A stretch of 54,131 bases of DNA from an uncultured Ruminococcus sp. (lineage in GTDB: Bacteria > Bacillota > Clostridia > Oscillospirales > Ruminococcaceae), in contig CASDRM010000054.1 in NCBI GenBank assembly GCA_949283135.1, forward strand, positions 1 to 54,131, in the 5' to 3' direction. The notes under the pieces were generated by a model, which worked only from the letters and a program-made list of their open reading frames with translations, did no database searches and had not been told where the DNA came from. Shown piece by piece: positions 42,222 through 50,776 of the stretch; the stretch's first letter is position 1, and each line of letters starts with the position of its first letter. The translations under genes and the position numbers were made by a program.

Positions 42222-43436
42222 ATGAAAGCTCTTATAAAAGGCTTTTCGGCAGCGCTTTTTGCGGTTCTGACCGCGATCATGGCGATAGTTGGGTACTACT
42301 CGCAGGTTCTGCCGGAAGGCTACTATGTTTCGCAAAACGGCAGCCGAACCCTCAACTGCCTTTTCCGCGTCACGCTCGAGTCTAAGGAGGAGACAGTTTC
42401 GGCAAGCTCCGCATATGGCGGTGAGACAGACGGCGAGCTGAAACTGTTCGGAGTAATACCAATAAAGGACGCAAGCATAACAAAGACGGAAGCGCCTGTA
42501 TTGATACCCGGCGGCACGCCTGTCGGAATCAAATTTTTGACCGACGGTGTAATGGTGGTAAAGGTTCAGGATGTGACCGACGGCGTCTGTCCCGCGGTTG
42601 AGGCGGGACTTTGCGCGGGGGACAATATTGTATCAGCAAACGGCCAGAAGCTTTGCTCATCTTCCCAGCTATCGGATATCATCTCATCTTCAAAGGGTGA
42701 AAAGATAGAATTAGAGGTCATGCGGGACAACGATGTATTTTCAGTCTCACTCAGCCCTGTATTTTCCGAGCAGGACGGAACATATAAGGCGGGAATATGG
42801 ATAAGGGACAGCTCGGCAGGAGTCGGCACTTTGACCTACATCGACCCGGCGACCGGCTGCTACGGTGCCCTCGGTCACCCGATATCCGACTGCGACACCT
42901 ATAAAACCCTGCCCTTGGGCTCCGGTGAGATAGTGGACGTAACTATAACCGGCTACGAAAAGGGAGAAAGAGGCTGTCCGGGCGAGCTGTTCGGAAAATT
43001 CGTCTCAGGTCTCGCCGCCGGAAGTATTGTCAAGAACTGTGACCAGGGCGTATTCGGAAGAATGAACTACCCATCCGCCACGGGTGCGAGCGCTATCCCG
43101 ATAGCCTTCAAGTCGGAGGTTAAAGCGGGTCCCGCCAAAATCCTCGCCACCATAGACGGCAACTCTCCAAAGGAGTACGAGGTGGAAATAGAAAAGATAA
43201 ACCTGAGCGAAAGCGCGACCACCAAAAATATCGTCATAAAGGTCACAGACCCCGAGCTTCTGAGCCTTACTGGCGGGATAATACAGGGGATGAGCGGCAG
43301 CCCGATAATTCAGGACGGCAAGCTTGTCGGCGCAGTCACGCATGTTTTTGTCAGCGACCCGACCCGCGGCTACGGGATTTTCATAGAGGATATGCTTGAC
43401 GCGTCAAATGACGCCGGTCTCGCAGACGCCGCATAG
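42222..43436 (+). CDS. spoIVB: SpoIVB peptidase (S55, stage IV sporulation signalling protease)
   Basis: N-terminal TM helix and PDZ region. Catalytic motifs are GALGHPISD (His) and IIQGMSGSPII (Ser). The ORF opens at ATG 42186 and the start choice is uncertain. Confidence 0.88.
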   Translation: MKALIKGFSAALFAVLTAIMAIVGYYSQVLPEGYYVSQNGSRTLNCLFRVTLESKEETVSASSAYGGETDGELKLFGVIPIKDASITKTEAPVLIPGGTPVGIKFLTDGVMVVKVQDVTDGVCPAVEAGLCAGDNIVSANGQKLCSSSQLSDIISSSKGEKIELEVMRDNDVFSVSLSPVFSEQDGTYKAGIWIRDSSAGVGTLTYIDPATGCYGALGHPISDCDTYKTLPLGSGEIVDVTITGYEKGERGCPGELFGKFVSGLAAGSIVKNCDQGVFGRMNYPSATGASAIPIAFKSEVKAGPAKILATIDGNSPKEYEVEIEKINLSESATTKNIVIKVTDPELLSLTGGIIQGMSGSPIIQDGKLVGAVTHVFVSDPTRGYGIFIEDMLDASNDAGLADAA

Positions 43437-43445
43437 ATAAAAAAT

Positions 43446-43481
43446 AATCCGGTCTTGAAAAGCTTTTTCAAGAACCGGATT
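43446..43481. terminator. Hairpin terminator between convergent spoIVB and trmB
   Basis: AATCCGGTCTTGAAAAGC / TTTTTCAAGAACCGGATT, a near-perfect long stem. Confidence 0.65.
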
Positions 43482-43495
43482 ACTTTATCCGCATA

Positions 43496-44176
43496 TTACC
43501 TTTTCAGGTATGCTTCGAGCCGATAGATGGGCTTGCCCATCTCGGTGAAGCGCTTTTCATACTCTGTCATGATGTTGTCCTCCGGCTCGTTCGCGTGAAG
43601 ATCAAGGCATACATTCTGAAGAGTAAAGCCATAACCTGACAGCTCATCTATTGAAAATTCAAAAAACTCGCGGTTATCCGTTTTTTGGTGTATCTGGGCA
43701 CCCGGGGCGAGAAGCTTGTCATAGATTCTCAGAAATTTGTGATGCGTCAGGCGGTGCGCGGCGTAGCTCTTTTTAGGGAACGGGCAGCTGAAGTTCAGAT
43801 ACAGCCTTGTCACCGCTCCGTCCGGAATAAATTTTTCAAGATATTCGGCGTCGCAGCGCAAAAACATGAGATTTTTAAGTCCGAGCGCGATTCCCTTCTC
43901 CGCCGCTTCTACTATCACGTTCGCGGTGCGCTCCACAGCAAGTATATTTATATTCGGATATCTTTCCGCAAGCTCACAGGCGAACTGCCCCTTTCCCGCG
44001 CCTATTTCCATGACTATCGGGTTTTTGTTCCCAAAGAGGGTCTCAAGATCGAGATACTCCTTTGTCTTTACCGAGGTGACAAAATTTCTGTCCTCGCAGT
44101 TTAGTATCAAAAGCCTGCCCGACTCCACGCACTTTTCGAGACGCTCTTCAAGGTGCGCTTTTTTTCTCATTCTCAT
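43496..44176 (-). CDS. trmB: tRNA (guanine46-N7)-methyltransferase
   Basis: 226-aa ORF with the SAM motif MEIGAGKGQF and a C-terminal TEYEKRF pattern typical of TrmB. Confidence 0.88.
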   Translation of the reverse strand: MRMRKKAHLEERLEKCVESGRLLILNCEDRNFVTSVKTKEYLDLETLFGNKNPIVMEIGAGKGQFACELAERYPNINILAVERTANVIVEAAEKGIALGLKNLMFLRCDAEYLEKFIPDGAVTRLYLNFSCPFPKKSYAAHRLTHHKFLRIYDKLLAPGAQIHQKTDNREFFEFSIDELSGYGFTLQNVCLDLHANEPEDNIMTEYEKRFTEMGKPIYRLEAYLKR

Positions 44177-45423
44177 AAGGTTACTTCCGTTCCTCCCACA
44201 GGACGAATACTTAATACATAGCAGCTGCCTTCTCCGAAGACCCTTTCCATTCCTGACTTGAGGCTATCCAGCCTGCCGCTCGGCACGAACGCCTGTATAG
44301 TTCCGGCAAAGCCTCCGCCGTGAACCCTGCACGCGCCCTCTCCTCCGAGAAGCTGCTCGCATAGATAGAGCGCAAGCGAAACGCTCTGCTCCCTGGGCAT
44401 TGACGAAGGGTAAACGTTCTGCAAATACCTGTAGGAGCTACGACCCGACTCGTTGATGCAGCTTAAAAACGCGTCAAAGTCGCCCCTTTTAAGCGCAGCC
44501 GACAGACTGTGTACTCTTTCGTTTTCGTCAAAAAAGTGCAAGGCGCGAAGCACCGCTCTGTCTCCGGTCTTTTTTCTGATTTCATTTATATTGTCCAAAA
44601 CATCCTGCTTGGTTATCTGCCTCAGATACTCCTTGCCGAAGAATCCCGCAACAGCTTTCATCTCAGACGGTATCGCGGCATATTCGGGAGTAAGCTCGGC
44701 ATGGCTTCCCTTGGTGTCGATGATGCACAGGCAATAGCCGTGCTTGGCGGGGTCAAAGTCTATAGCTTCTATCACCGGCTTGGAGGTGTCCTCAAAGTCT
44801 ATCGAGATAAAGCCTCCCACCGAGGACGCCATCTGATCCATAAGCCCGGAGGGCTTGCCGAAATACTTGTTCTCCGCGTACTGGGCTACCTGAGCAATTT
44901 CAACGGCAGAAATCCTCCCGTCGTTATATAAGTGGTTTACTATTGTCCCTATCAGAACCTCGAACGCCGCGGATGAGGAAAGTCCTGAGCCCTTGAGAAC
45001 CGAGGAGGTGGTGTACGCCTCAAAGCCGCCTATGCGATATCCTCTCTCCTTGAGACCTGCGCACACTCCCCTGACCAGCGAGGCGGAATGGTTTTTCTCG
45101 CTGTCAACCACACTCAAATCGGATATATCCACTATGTCCGCGTCAAAGCCCTCAGATTTTACTGTTACCACGCTTGAGTCTGTCGCCCTGACGGCGGCTA
45201 TGACGTCAAGGTTTACTGCCGCCGCCATTACAAGACCGTGATTGTGATCGGTGTGGTTTCCTCCTACCTCCGTCCTGCCGGACGCCGAGAAATACCTATT
45301 CGGCTCATGTGAGAACATTGCCGTAAACTCGTCTGATATTCTTTTATACCTCTGACGCTGCTCTGCGTTGTCGCCGTAAAGCCTCTCAAAGCCGGTAACA
45401 GTTTTTTCTATCGTGCTGCTCAT
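44173..45423 (-). CDS. Galactokinase-family GHMP sugar kinase (divergent sugar-binding motif)
   Basis: GHMP motif II GSGLSSSAAFEV. The N-terminal galactokinase signature region reads GRTEVGGNHTDHNHG. The stop overlaps the trmB start (ATGA). Confidence 0.8.
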   Translation of the reverse strand: MSSTIEKTVTGFERLYGDNAEQRQRYKRISDEFTAMFSHEPNRYFSASGRTEVGGNHTDHNHGLVMAAAVNLDVIAAVRATDSSVVTVKSEGFDADIVDISDLSVVDSEKNHSASLVRGVCAGLKERGYRIGGFEAYTTSSVLKGSGLSSSAAFEVLIGTIVNHLYNDGRISAVEIAQVAQYAENKYFGKPSGLMDQMASSVGGFISIDFEDTSKPVIEAIDFDPAKHGYCLCIIDTKGSHAELTPEYAAIPSEMKAVAGFFGKEYLRQITKQDVLDNINEIRKKTGDRAVLRALHFFDENERVHSLSAALKRGDFDAFLSCINESGRSSYRYLQNVYPSSMPREQSVSLALYLCEQLLGGEGACRVHGGGFAGTIQAFVPSGRLDSLKSGMERVFGEGSCYVLSIRPVGGTEVTL

Positions 45424-45447
45424 ACTAATACACCTTCCGTTGTGATT

Positions 45448-46614
45448 TTAAGCCTTATTTTTAAATATGCTGTCATATCTTGAGTGGTGGAACCTCACGC
45501 TTAAGACAAGCCCTATCGATACGGTGGCGGTGAGAATAGCGGAGCCTCCCGCCGAGAAAAACGGCAAAGGTATCCCTATTACCGGAGTCACTCCGACCGT
45601 CATGCCGATATTGAGCACGCAATGAGTTATCAGATAGGCAAATACTCCGACGCAGATAAACCGCCCCAGCTCGTCGGAGGCTCGTATGCCGTCAAATAAA
45701 ATCCTCATGCACAAAAGCGCAAGAAGCACGACTATCCCCACGCAGCCGATAAAGCCGAGCGTCTGTCCGGCGTAGGAGAAGATAAAGTCGTTATGGCAAA
45801 GCGGAACATATGAATAATCGCCGCTGAAAAGTCCCTTTCCGGTAAGCTGCCCCGAGCCTATCGCTATTATCGAATGGTTGGTCTGGTACAAAAGATCCGA
45901 GTTTGCATACCGCTCCGGGTTAATTATAGACAGGATCCTATTTTTGTGCACCGGCTGAAGATAGAAGTTCCACATCAGCAAAAACGCTATCGGAGAGATA
46001 ACAGCCGCGCCCAATATGTACTTCCATGACAGTCCGGCAGCTATCACAATAGCAATGAATATGGTGACGAATACTATCGCTGTTCCGTCGTCACCCTGAA
46101 GCATTACCAAAAGCGCCGGTATACCGCCGTGAATGCAGACAAGAAGTATGTTCAGCGGGTTGTTAAAAAACTCCTTCGTCTTATAGCAATGATAGGACAG
46201 GGACAGTATCACCGCAAGCTTCATAAATTCGGCAGGCTGAATGGTCATAAATCCAAGGTCTATCCACGCCCTGTCGTCCGCTCCCGCAAGACCCGAGGCG
46301 CCAAGCCCCGTAAACGTCAGCAGAGTCAGACCCACAGTCAGCGGAATATAGATATACCACAGCTTTGCAAACCAGCGGTAATCAAGCCCCGCGAGTACCA
46401 GCGCCCCCCCAAGCCCTACGCATATCGCCATCAGCTGCGTCCTGACGGTGCCGGAGTCGACGGTGGCGTTGGTGATGGTCTGCGTTTCGCTGTTTACAGA
46501 AAGAGAATACAGCAAAAGAATCCCCAGCCCGCACAAAACAAGCGTCAGCAGCATAAGGCTCTTGTCAAGCCGCTTAAGATACGCTAAGACACATCTAAAT
46601 ACCCGTTTTGCCAT
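45448..46614 (-). CDS. FtsW/RodA/SpoVE-family SEDS peptidoglycan polymerase
   Basis: 388-aa polytopic ORF with SEDS-type motifs (DLGFMTIQPAEFMKL; GIPLPFFSAGGSA). Confidence 0.85.
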   Translation of the reverse strand: MAKRVFRCVLAYLKRLDKSLMLLTLVLCGLGILLLYSLSVNSETQTITNATVDSGTVRTQLMAICVGLGGALVLAGLDYRWFAKLWYIYIPLTVGLTLLTFTGLGASGLAGADDRAWIDLGFMTIQPAEFMKLAVILSLSYHCYKTKEFFNNPLNILLVCIHGGIPALLVMLQGDDGTAIVFVTIFIAIVIAAGLSWKYILGAAVISPIAFLLMWNFYLQPVHKNRILSIINPERYANSDLLYQTNHSIIAIGSGQLTGKGLFSGDYSYVPLCHNDFIFSYAGQTLGFIGCVGIVVLLALLCMRILFDGIRASDELGRFICVGVFAYLITHCVLNIGMTVGVTPVIGIPLPFFSAGGSAILTATVSIGLVLSVRFHHSRYDSIFKNKA

Positions 46615-46722
46615 ATCTGCTCCTTTTTCGTGTTCTTTGCAGCTATTTTACGCCTTTTACATTGTATCACAGCAGGCTATTCTTTTCAACTTAAAAATAG
46701 GAGTTTCGAGATAAAAATTCTC

Positions 46723-46750
46723 TTGCATTTTCTCAAATATATGGTATCAT
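46723..46750 (+). promoter_or_regulatory. Sigma-A-like promoter for the ferredoxin gene
   Basis: TTGCAT, 16 nt, then TGgTATCAT. Confidence 0.4.
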
Positions 46751-46799
46751 AATAGTCGAGAGAGTTTAGCTCTTGAACTTTAACAAGGAGGAATGGACG

Positions 46800-46970
46800 A
46801 TGGCTTTCAAAATTACTGACGCTTGCATCAAGTGCGGAGCTTGCGCAGAGCAGTGCCCTGTAAGCGCTATCACCGAGGGTGACGACAAGTATGTTATCGA
46901 CGCTGATACCTGCATCAGCTGCGGAAACTGCGCTTCTGTTTGCCCTGTAAGCGCTCCCGTTGAGGAATAA
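46800..46970 (+). CDS. 2x[4Fe-4S] clostridial-type ferredoxin
   Basis: 56-aa product with two CxxCxxCxxxCP motifs (CIKCGACAEQCP and CISCGNCASVCP). SD AAGGAGG lies 8 nt upstream of the ATG at 46800. Confidence 0.9.
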   Translation: MAFKITDACIKCGACAEQCPVSAITEGDDKYVIDADTCISCGNCASVCPVSAPVEE

Positions 46971-47124
46971 TCCCTCAGCTACTGTATGCTTTACAGAGGA
47001 AAATCCATTCTCTTTGGGAGGGTGGATTTTTTGTTGCCGAAAATTCATAATTTGCTATTGTAATTTGTACCCCTCATGTGTTATTATACAAGAAGTGCAG
47101 CCCATGTGAAAAGGAGAGAATAAA

Positions 47125-47910
47125 TTGGCAAAGCTGACCTTTAAGCGCCGTGAAAAGAAATTTTTAGTCTCCTTTGAGCAGTATAAAAGTATCATTCACG
47201 AGCTGCTTGACCGCGGCATGGAGTATGACGGCTACTGTGCCGGCGGAAACACCTACAGGCTGTATAACATATACTTTGACAGCGACACAAACAGGATAAT
47301 CCGCAGATCTGTACAGCATCCCAAGTTTAAGGAAAAGCTGAGGCTCCGCGCCTATTTTCTCCCGCGTTCTGACGACGACCCGGTATTTTTGGAAATCAAG
47401 AGAAAAATCAAGGGCACGGTAGTCAAAAGAAGAGCGGCCATGAGCTACGGCGAAGCAAAGGCGTTTATACGCTGCGGCTGTAGGCCTAAAACAGATGACT
47501 ACATGGTGAATCAGGTGCTTGATGAAATCGAGTTTTACCTCAAAGTGTACGACGTCAAGCCCAAGGTATACCTAAGCTATGAGAGAGTGGCGCTTTTTTC
47601 GCGTACAGACCCAGACTTCCGCGTTACCTTCGACGGCAACATCATCACAAGACGGGATCGTCTCGACCTGTTCTGCGAGGATCGTGGCGAGTCTCTTTTG
47701 GACGACGGCGAGCTTGTTATGGAGACAAAGTTCTCCGGAGCAATACCTGCGTGGTTTTGCGATATCCTGTCAAAAAACAAGGTGTATATGTCCGGCTTTT
47801 CAAAGTACGGTAACGAGTACACCCGATATCGAGGAAGCGACTTCCTCCACCTTAAGGACAGACCAGCTCCCCCGATTCCGCGAATCGGCGCGGACAAGCA
47901 GATTCAGTAA
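47125..47910 (+). CDS. VTC-domain protein (triphosphate-tunnel fold, polyphosphate-polymerase-like)
   Basis: TTG start with the SD AAAGGAGAG. Basic and acidic tunnel strands are present: FKRREKKFLV, YNIYFDS, KLRLRAY, FLEIKRKIKGTVVKRR, VMETKF. Size and pattern fit bacterial VTC (Vtc4-catalytic-domain-like) proteins. Confidence 0.7.
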   Translation: MAKLTFKRREKKFLVSFEQYKSIIHELLDRGMEYDGYCAGGNTYRLYNIYFDSDTNRIIRRSVQHPKFKEKLRLRAYFLPRSDDDPVFLEIKRKIKGTVVKRRAAMSYGEAKAFIRCGCRPKTDDYMVNQVLDEIEFYLKVYDVKPKVYLSYERVALFSRTDPDFRVTFDGNIITRRDRLDLFCEDRGESLLDDGELVMETKFSGAIPAWFCDILSKNKVYMSGFSKYGNEYTRYRGSDFLHLKDRPAPPIPRIGADKQIQ

Positions 47911-47940
47911 TCCCAGACTCTTTTCGGAGGTTTTATATAC

Positions 47941-48627
47941 ATGCAAGAACTACTTTTCCCGGCAGCCGCAGGAGTGGATATGACCGTATCCGGCGTGCTC
48001 ACCTGCCTCGCGTTTTCTTTGGTGCTCGGAATGTTTTTGAGCATCACATACATATTCTCACACAAGAGCAAGGGCTATATCTCTACATTTCCGGCAGCAA
48101 TGGTGCTTCTCTCTCCCCTTATGGCAGGAGTGACGGTCATCATCAATTCAAATGTAGCTACCGCGATATCACTTGGTGGAGCTCTGGCGCTGCTCAGGAT
48201 CAGAAGCTACCCCAAGGACACCTCTGACATAATAAGTCTTCTTTTCTCACTGGTTATAGGAATAGGCTGCGGCACGGGCTACTACGGTATGACCATCATA
48301 ATGACGGTCGTGCTCTGCATCATAATGGCTGTGCTCGGAATCGTCCGCTTCGGCGTTCCCGGAAACAATCATCTTGTTCTGAAGATCGCAGTACCGGAGG
48401 ATTTGAACTTTGAGGGAGCGTTTGACGACATCCTCGAAAAATATGCCGAGGAATACACCCTGCGCGAAATCCGCACAACCGATTTTGGCTCTTTGTATGA
48501 GCTGAGGTACAACGTAACCCTCTCGGACAGCTGCGACAGAAAGGAACTGCTCGACGAAATCAGGACAAGAAACGGCAACCTCGATGTAATACTCAGGCTG
48601 AGCGAATTTGATTCACCCGGAAAGTAA
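47941..48627 (+). CDS. DUF4956 membrane protein with a C-terminal soluble domain
   Basis: Four to five TM helices including GGALALLRIRSYPKDTSDIISLLFSLVIGIGCGTGYY, a DUF4956-type core. About 85 aa of C-terminal soluble domain. SD GGAGG. It starts 30 nt after the VTC gene. Confidence 0.7.
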   Translation: MQELLFPAAAGVDMTVSGVLTCLAFSLVLGMFLSITYIFSHKSKGYISTFPAAMVLLSPLMAGVTVIINSNVATAISLGGALALLRIRSYPKDTSDIISLLFSLVIGIGCGTGYYGMTIIMTVVLCIIMAVLGIVRFGVPGNNHLVLKIAVPEDLNFEGAFDDILEKYAEEYTLREIRTTDFGSLYELRYNVTLSDSCDRKELLDEIRTRNGNLDVILRLSEFDSPGK

Positions 48628-48654
48628 AAATTGGATGTCATGATATTATCTCAT

Positions 48655-48689
48655 AAAAGCGGCGTGGCTGATAACTGCGCCGCTTTTTT
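48655..48689 (+). terminator. Terminator after the DUF4956 gene
   Basis: AAAAGCGGCG / CGCCGCTTTTTT hairpin plus T-run. Confidence 0.7.
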
Positions 48690-48842
48690 CGTGCCTGTGC
48701 AGCACACCCCACTTCCGCTTCCGACGCAGCCGTTGCATTTGTTCCGATTTAATTTACCGCCGCATTCCGCACACATATTTCACGCCGCAGGCAAAAAGCA
48801 AAGCATACGCACACAACGTGCGGCAAGCAATCATTAGGTTCG

Positions 48843-48890
48843 AAAAAAAGAGCCGCCCCGCTTTCTAAACTGAAAACCGGGGACGGCTCT
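48843..48890 (-). terminator. Terminator after the GH43-CBM6 gene (minus strand)
   Basis: Stem AGAGCCGCCCCG / CCGGGGACGGCTCT with one mismatch, followed on the minus strand by T7. Confidence 0.6.
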
Positions 48891-48952
48891 GATTTGTTAT
48901 GCTGATATGAAGCTACCCTTTTGCGAAACCAGCCGGTTACACATCGGCAACT

Positions 48953-50485
48953 TTATTTGCTCTTCTTTTTCTTCTTGGAGAAGACCACCGCTATCACGGC
49001 GGCAACCGCAACAACGGCAGCTACTGCGGCAGCGATAATCCATACATTGTTCTTGGGGGCTGCAGCTGAAACAGTGCCCGTAGTCTGCTCGTCAGCTCCG
49101 GGGCCGGAGAATTCCCACCAATCCATCTTCATAAGATTTCTCGGAGAATCGCCGGTAAACACGAAGTAGACGTCATGTACCCCTGTCGCGCCGCTCAGTG
49201 TCGTGGACAAAGCCGCGTAGGTCGGAGCGTCGGCATTTCCGGCTGGAACCTCGAGCGTTCCAACAAGCTTTCCGTCCACGCTGTCAAGCCTTATCTCGAT
49301 ACTTCCTCCTGCCTCTGAAGCGACGTTGGCTGTAAACTCATCCGCACCGGAGGCAAAGTTGACGTTTCCTACCCTGATATAGTCGTCCTTGCTTATCTTG
49401 ACAAGCTCAAGACCTCCGTCCTCCTTTACCTGCTTGGATATGCCCTCGATGTAAGCGCAGGTGGTGGCAGGTATCTTTCCGAAAGGATTAAAGGTGGCTA
49501 TCGCCTTTACTCCGTCGCACTTCGAAATAGGATCTATGCTTCCATCCTCGTTGTACTCAAACTCCGCAACGCATACTGAACGGTTGAAGAGTCCTCCGCC
49601 GGGGAGCTGAGCAGTATGGTAGAACAGATAAGAATGATCATTGAAATCTACGATTCCGGGATGGTTAGTGTACGTTCCTCCCTCCTCAGTCATCACTACT
49701 CCGCGGTACTCCCACGGTCCTGTAGGAGAAGTCGAGGTGGAATAAGCAATATGCTCACTTCCCGCTCCCTCAGCGAAAGCGGCGTAAACCATATAATACA
49801 GGTCTCCGCGCTTGTAGAACCACGGTCCCTCAGCATAGGTAGTGCCGGTCGCGTGCCCTCCCTTGCCGAACGATTCCTCGGTCATAGGAACCTTGACAAC
49901 TCCTACCTCCTTGTCATAGGATACCATGTCCTCGTTTAAAAGAACGTATCTGAGCTCGGGGTTGCCGAAATAGAGATATGCCTGACCGTCATCGTCTATG
50001 AACACGGTAGGGTCGATATCGTTCCAGTCGCCCTCGTCTATAAGCGGCTCGCCGATATCAACAAACGGACCCGTAGGACTATCGGCAACACCTACGGCTA
50101 TCGCCATTCCGCCATTCTTCTTATGAATCGGGCAGTACATGTAGAATTTACCGTTTCTTTCAACAGTCTGAGGCGCCCATGCTCTGTCCTCCGCCCAGGC
50201 TATATCGTCCTTCGAGAAAACGACGCCGTGATCTGTCCAGTTGACCATGTCCTTGGTCGAGTAGCAGCACCACTCGAACATTGTGTAGAAGCCGTCAATG
50301 AGCTCATCCTCATCGTGAGTAGTGTACAGATAGAGGGTGTCGCCCACTACAAGCGGCGCGGGGTCAGCCGTGTAAATATCCCTAACGATAGGATTGGTGC
50401 TGTATGAATCCGCCGCAGCTACAGGCTGCGCAAACAGCAGCGTGGCTGAAAGCGTGGAGATGGCTTTTTTGCAGAAATTCTTCAT
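48953..50485 (-). CDS. GH43 glycoside hydrolase with a CBM6-like module and a C-terminal transmembrane anchor
   Basis: Signal peptide present. GH43 start NPIVRDIYTADPAPLVVGDTLYLY. CBM6-like module (DYIRVGNVNFASGADEF...MKMDWWEF). C-terminal helix WIIAAAVAAVVAVAAVIAVVF followed by SKKKKKSK. SD AAGGAGAG. Confidence 0.85.
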   Translation of the reverse strand: MKNFCKKAISTLSATLLFAQPVAAADSYSTNPIVRDIYTADPAPLVVGDTLYLYTTHDEDELIDGFYTMFEWCCYSTKDMVNWTDHGVVFSKDDIAWAEDRAWAPQTVERNGKFYMYCPIHKKNGGMAIAVGVADSPTGPFVDIGEPLIDEGDWNDIDPTVFIDDDGQAYLYFGNPELRYVLLNEDMVSYDKEVGVVKVPMTEESFGKGGHATGTTYAEGPWFYKRGDLYYMVYAAFAEGAGSEHIAYSTSTSPTGPWEYRGVVMTEEGGTYTNHPGIVDFNDHSYLFYHTAQLPGGGLFNRSVCVAEFEYNEDGSIDPISKCDGVKAIATFNPFGKIPATTCAYIEGISKQVKEDGGLELVKISKDDYIRVGNVNFASGADEFTANVASEAGGSIEIRLDSVDGKLVGTLEVPAGNADAPTYAALSTTLSGATGVHDVYFVFTGDSPRNLMKMDWWEFSGPGADEQTTGTVSAAAPKNNVWIIAAAVAAVVAVAAVIAVVFSKKKKKSK

Positions 50486-50776
50486 ATTATCTCTCCTTAT
50501 TTATTAAGACAAGGCGCGCGTCTGCCCGGCAAAATCATCAAGACACCATTGCGCCTATTGTTGAGATTATAGCATTTTCGCGTATTGAATAGCAATCAAA
50601 ATTATGCACAAATTATTCCGAGGCTTTTTGTAGGATATATCAAGGTCTCTTGACCTTTTTTGAAGGCTCACACGCAAAGCCCGTGAAAAAACGGGTATGT
50701 TACACACCGATGTGTGAAAACAATTGAGATAAAAAGCGCATGCACTTTTTTGCACATACGCTTTTTATTTAACCGC

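Noticed and set aside
48651-48776. A 41-aa Cys-rich mini-ORF on the minus strand (MCAECGGKLNRNKCNGCVGSGSGVCCTGTKK...) in the 325-nt gap after the DUF4956 gene. It looks superficially like a zinc ribbon or a RiPP precursor.
   Set aside because: It has no convincing SD, and its 3-prime half runs through the DUF4956 terminator hairpin. There is no adjacent modification enzyme or transporter. I cannot support it without conservation or expression data, but it would be worth a quick tblastn.
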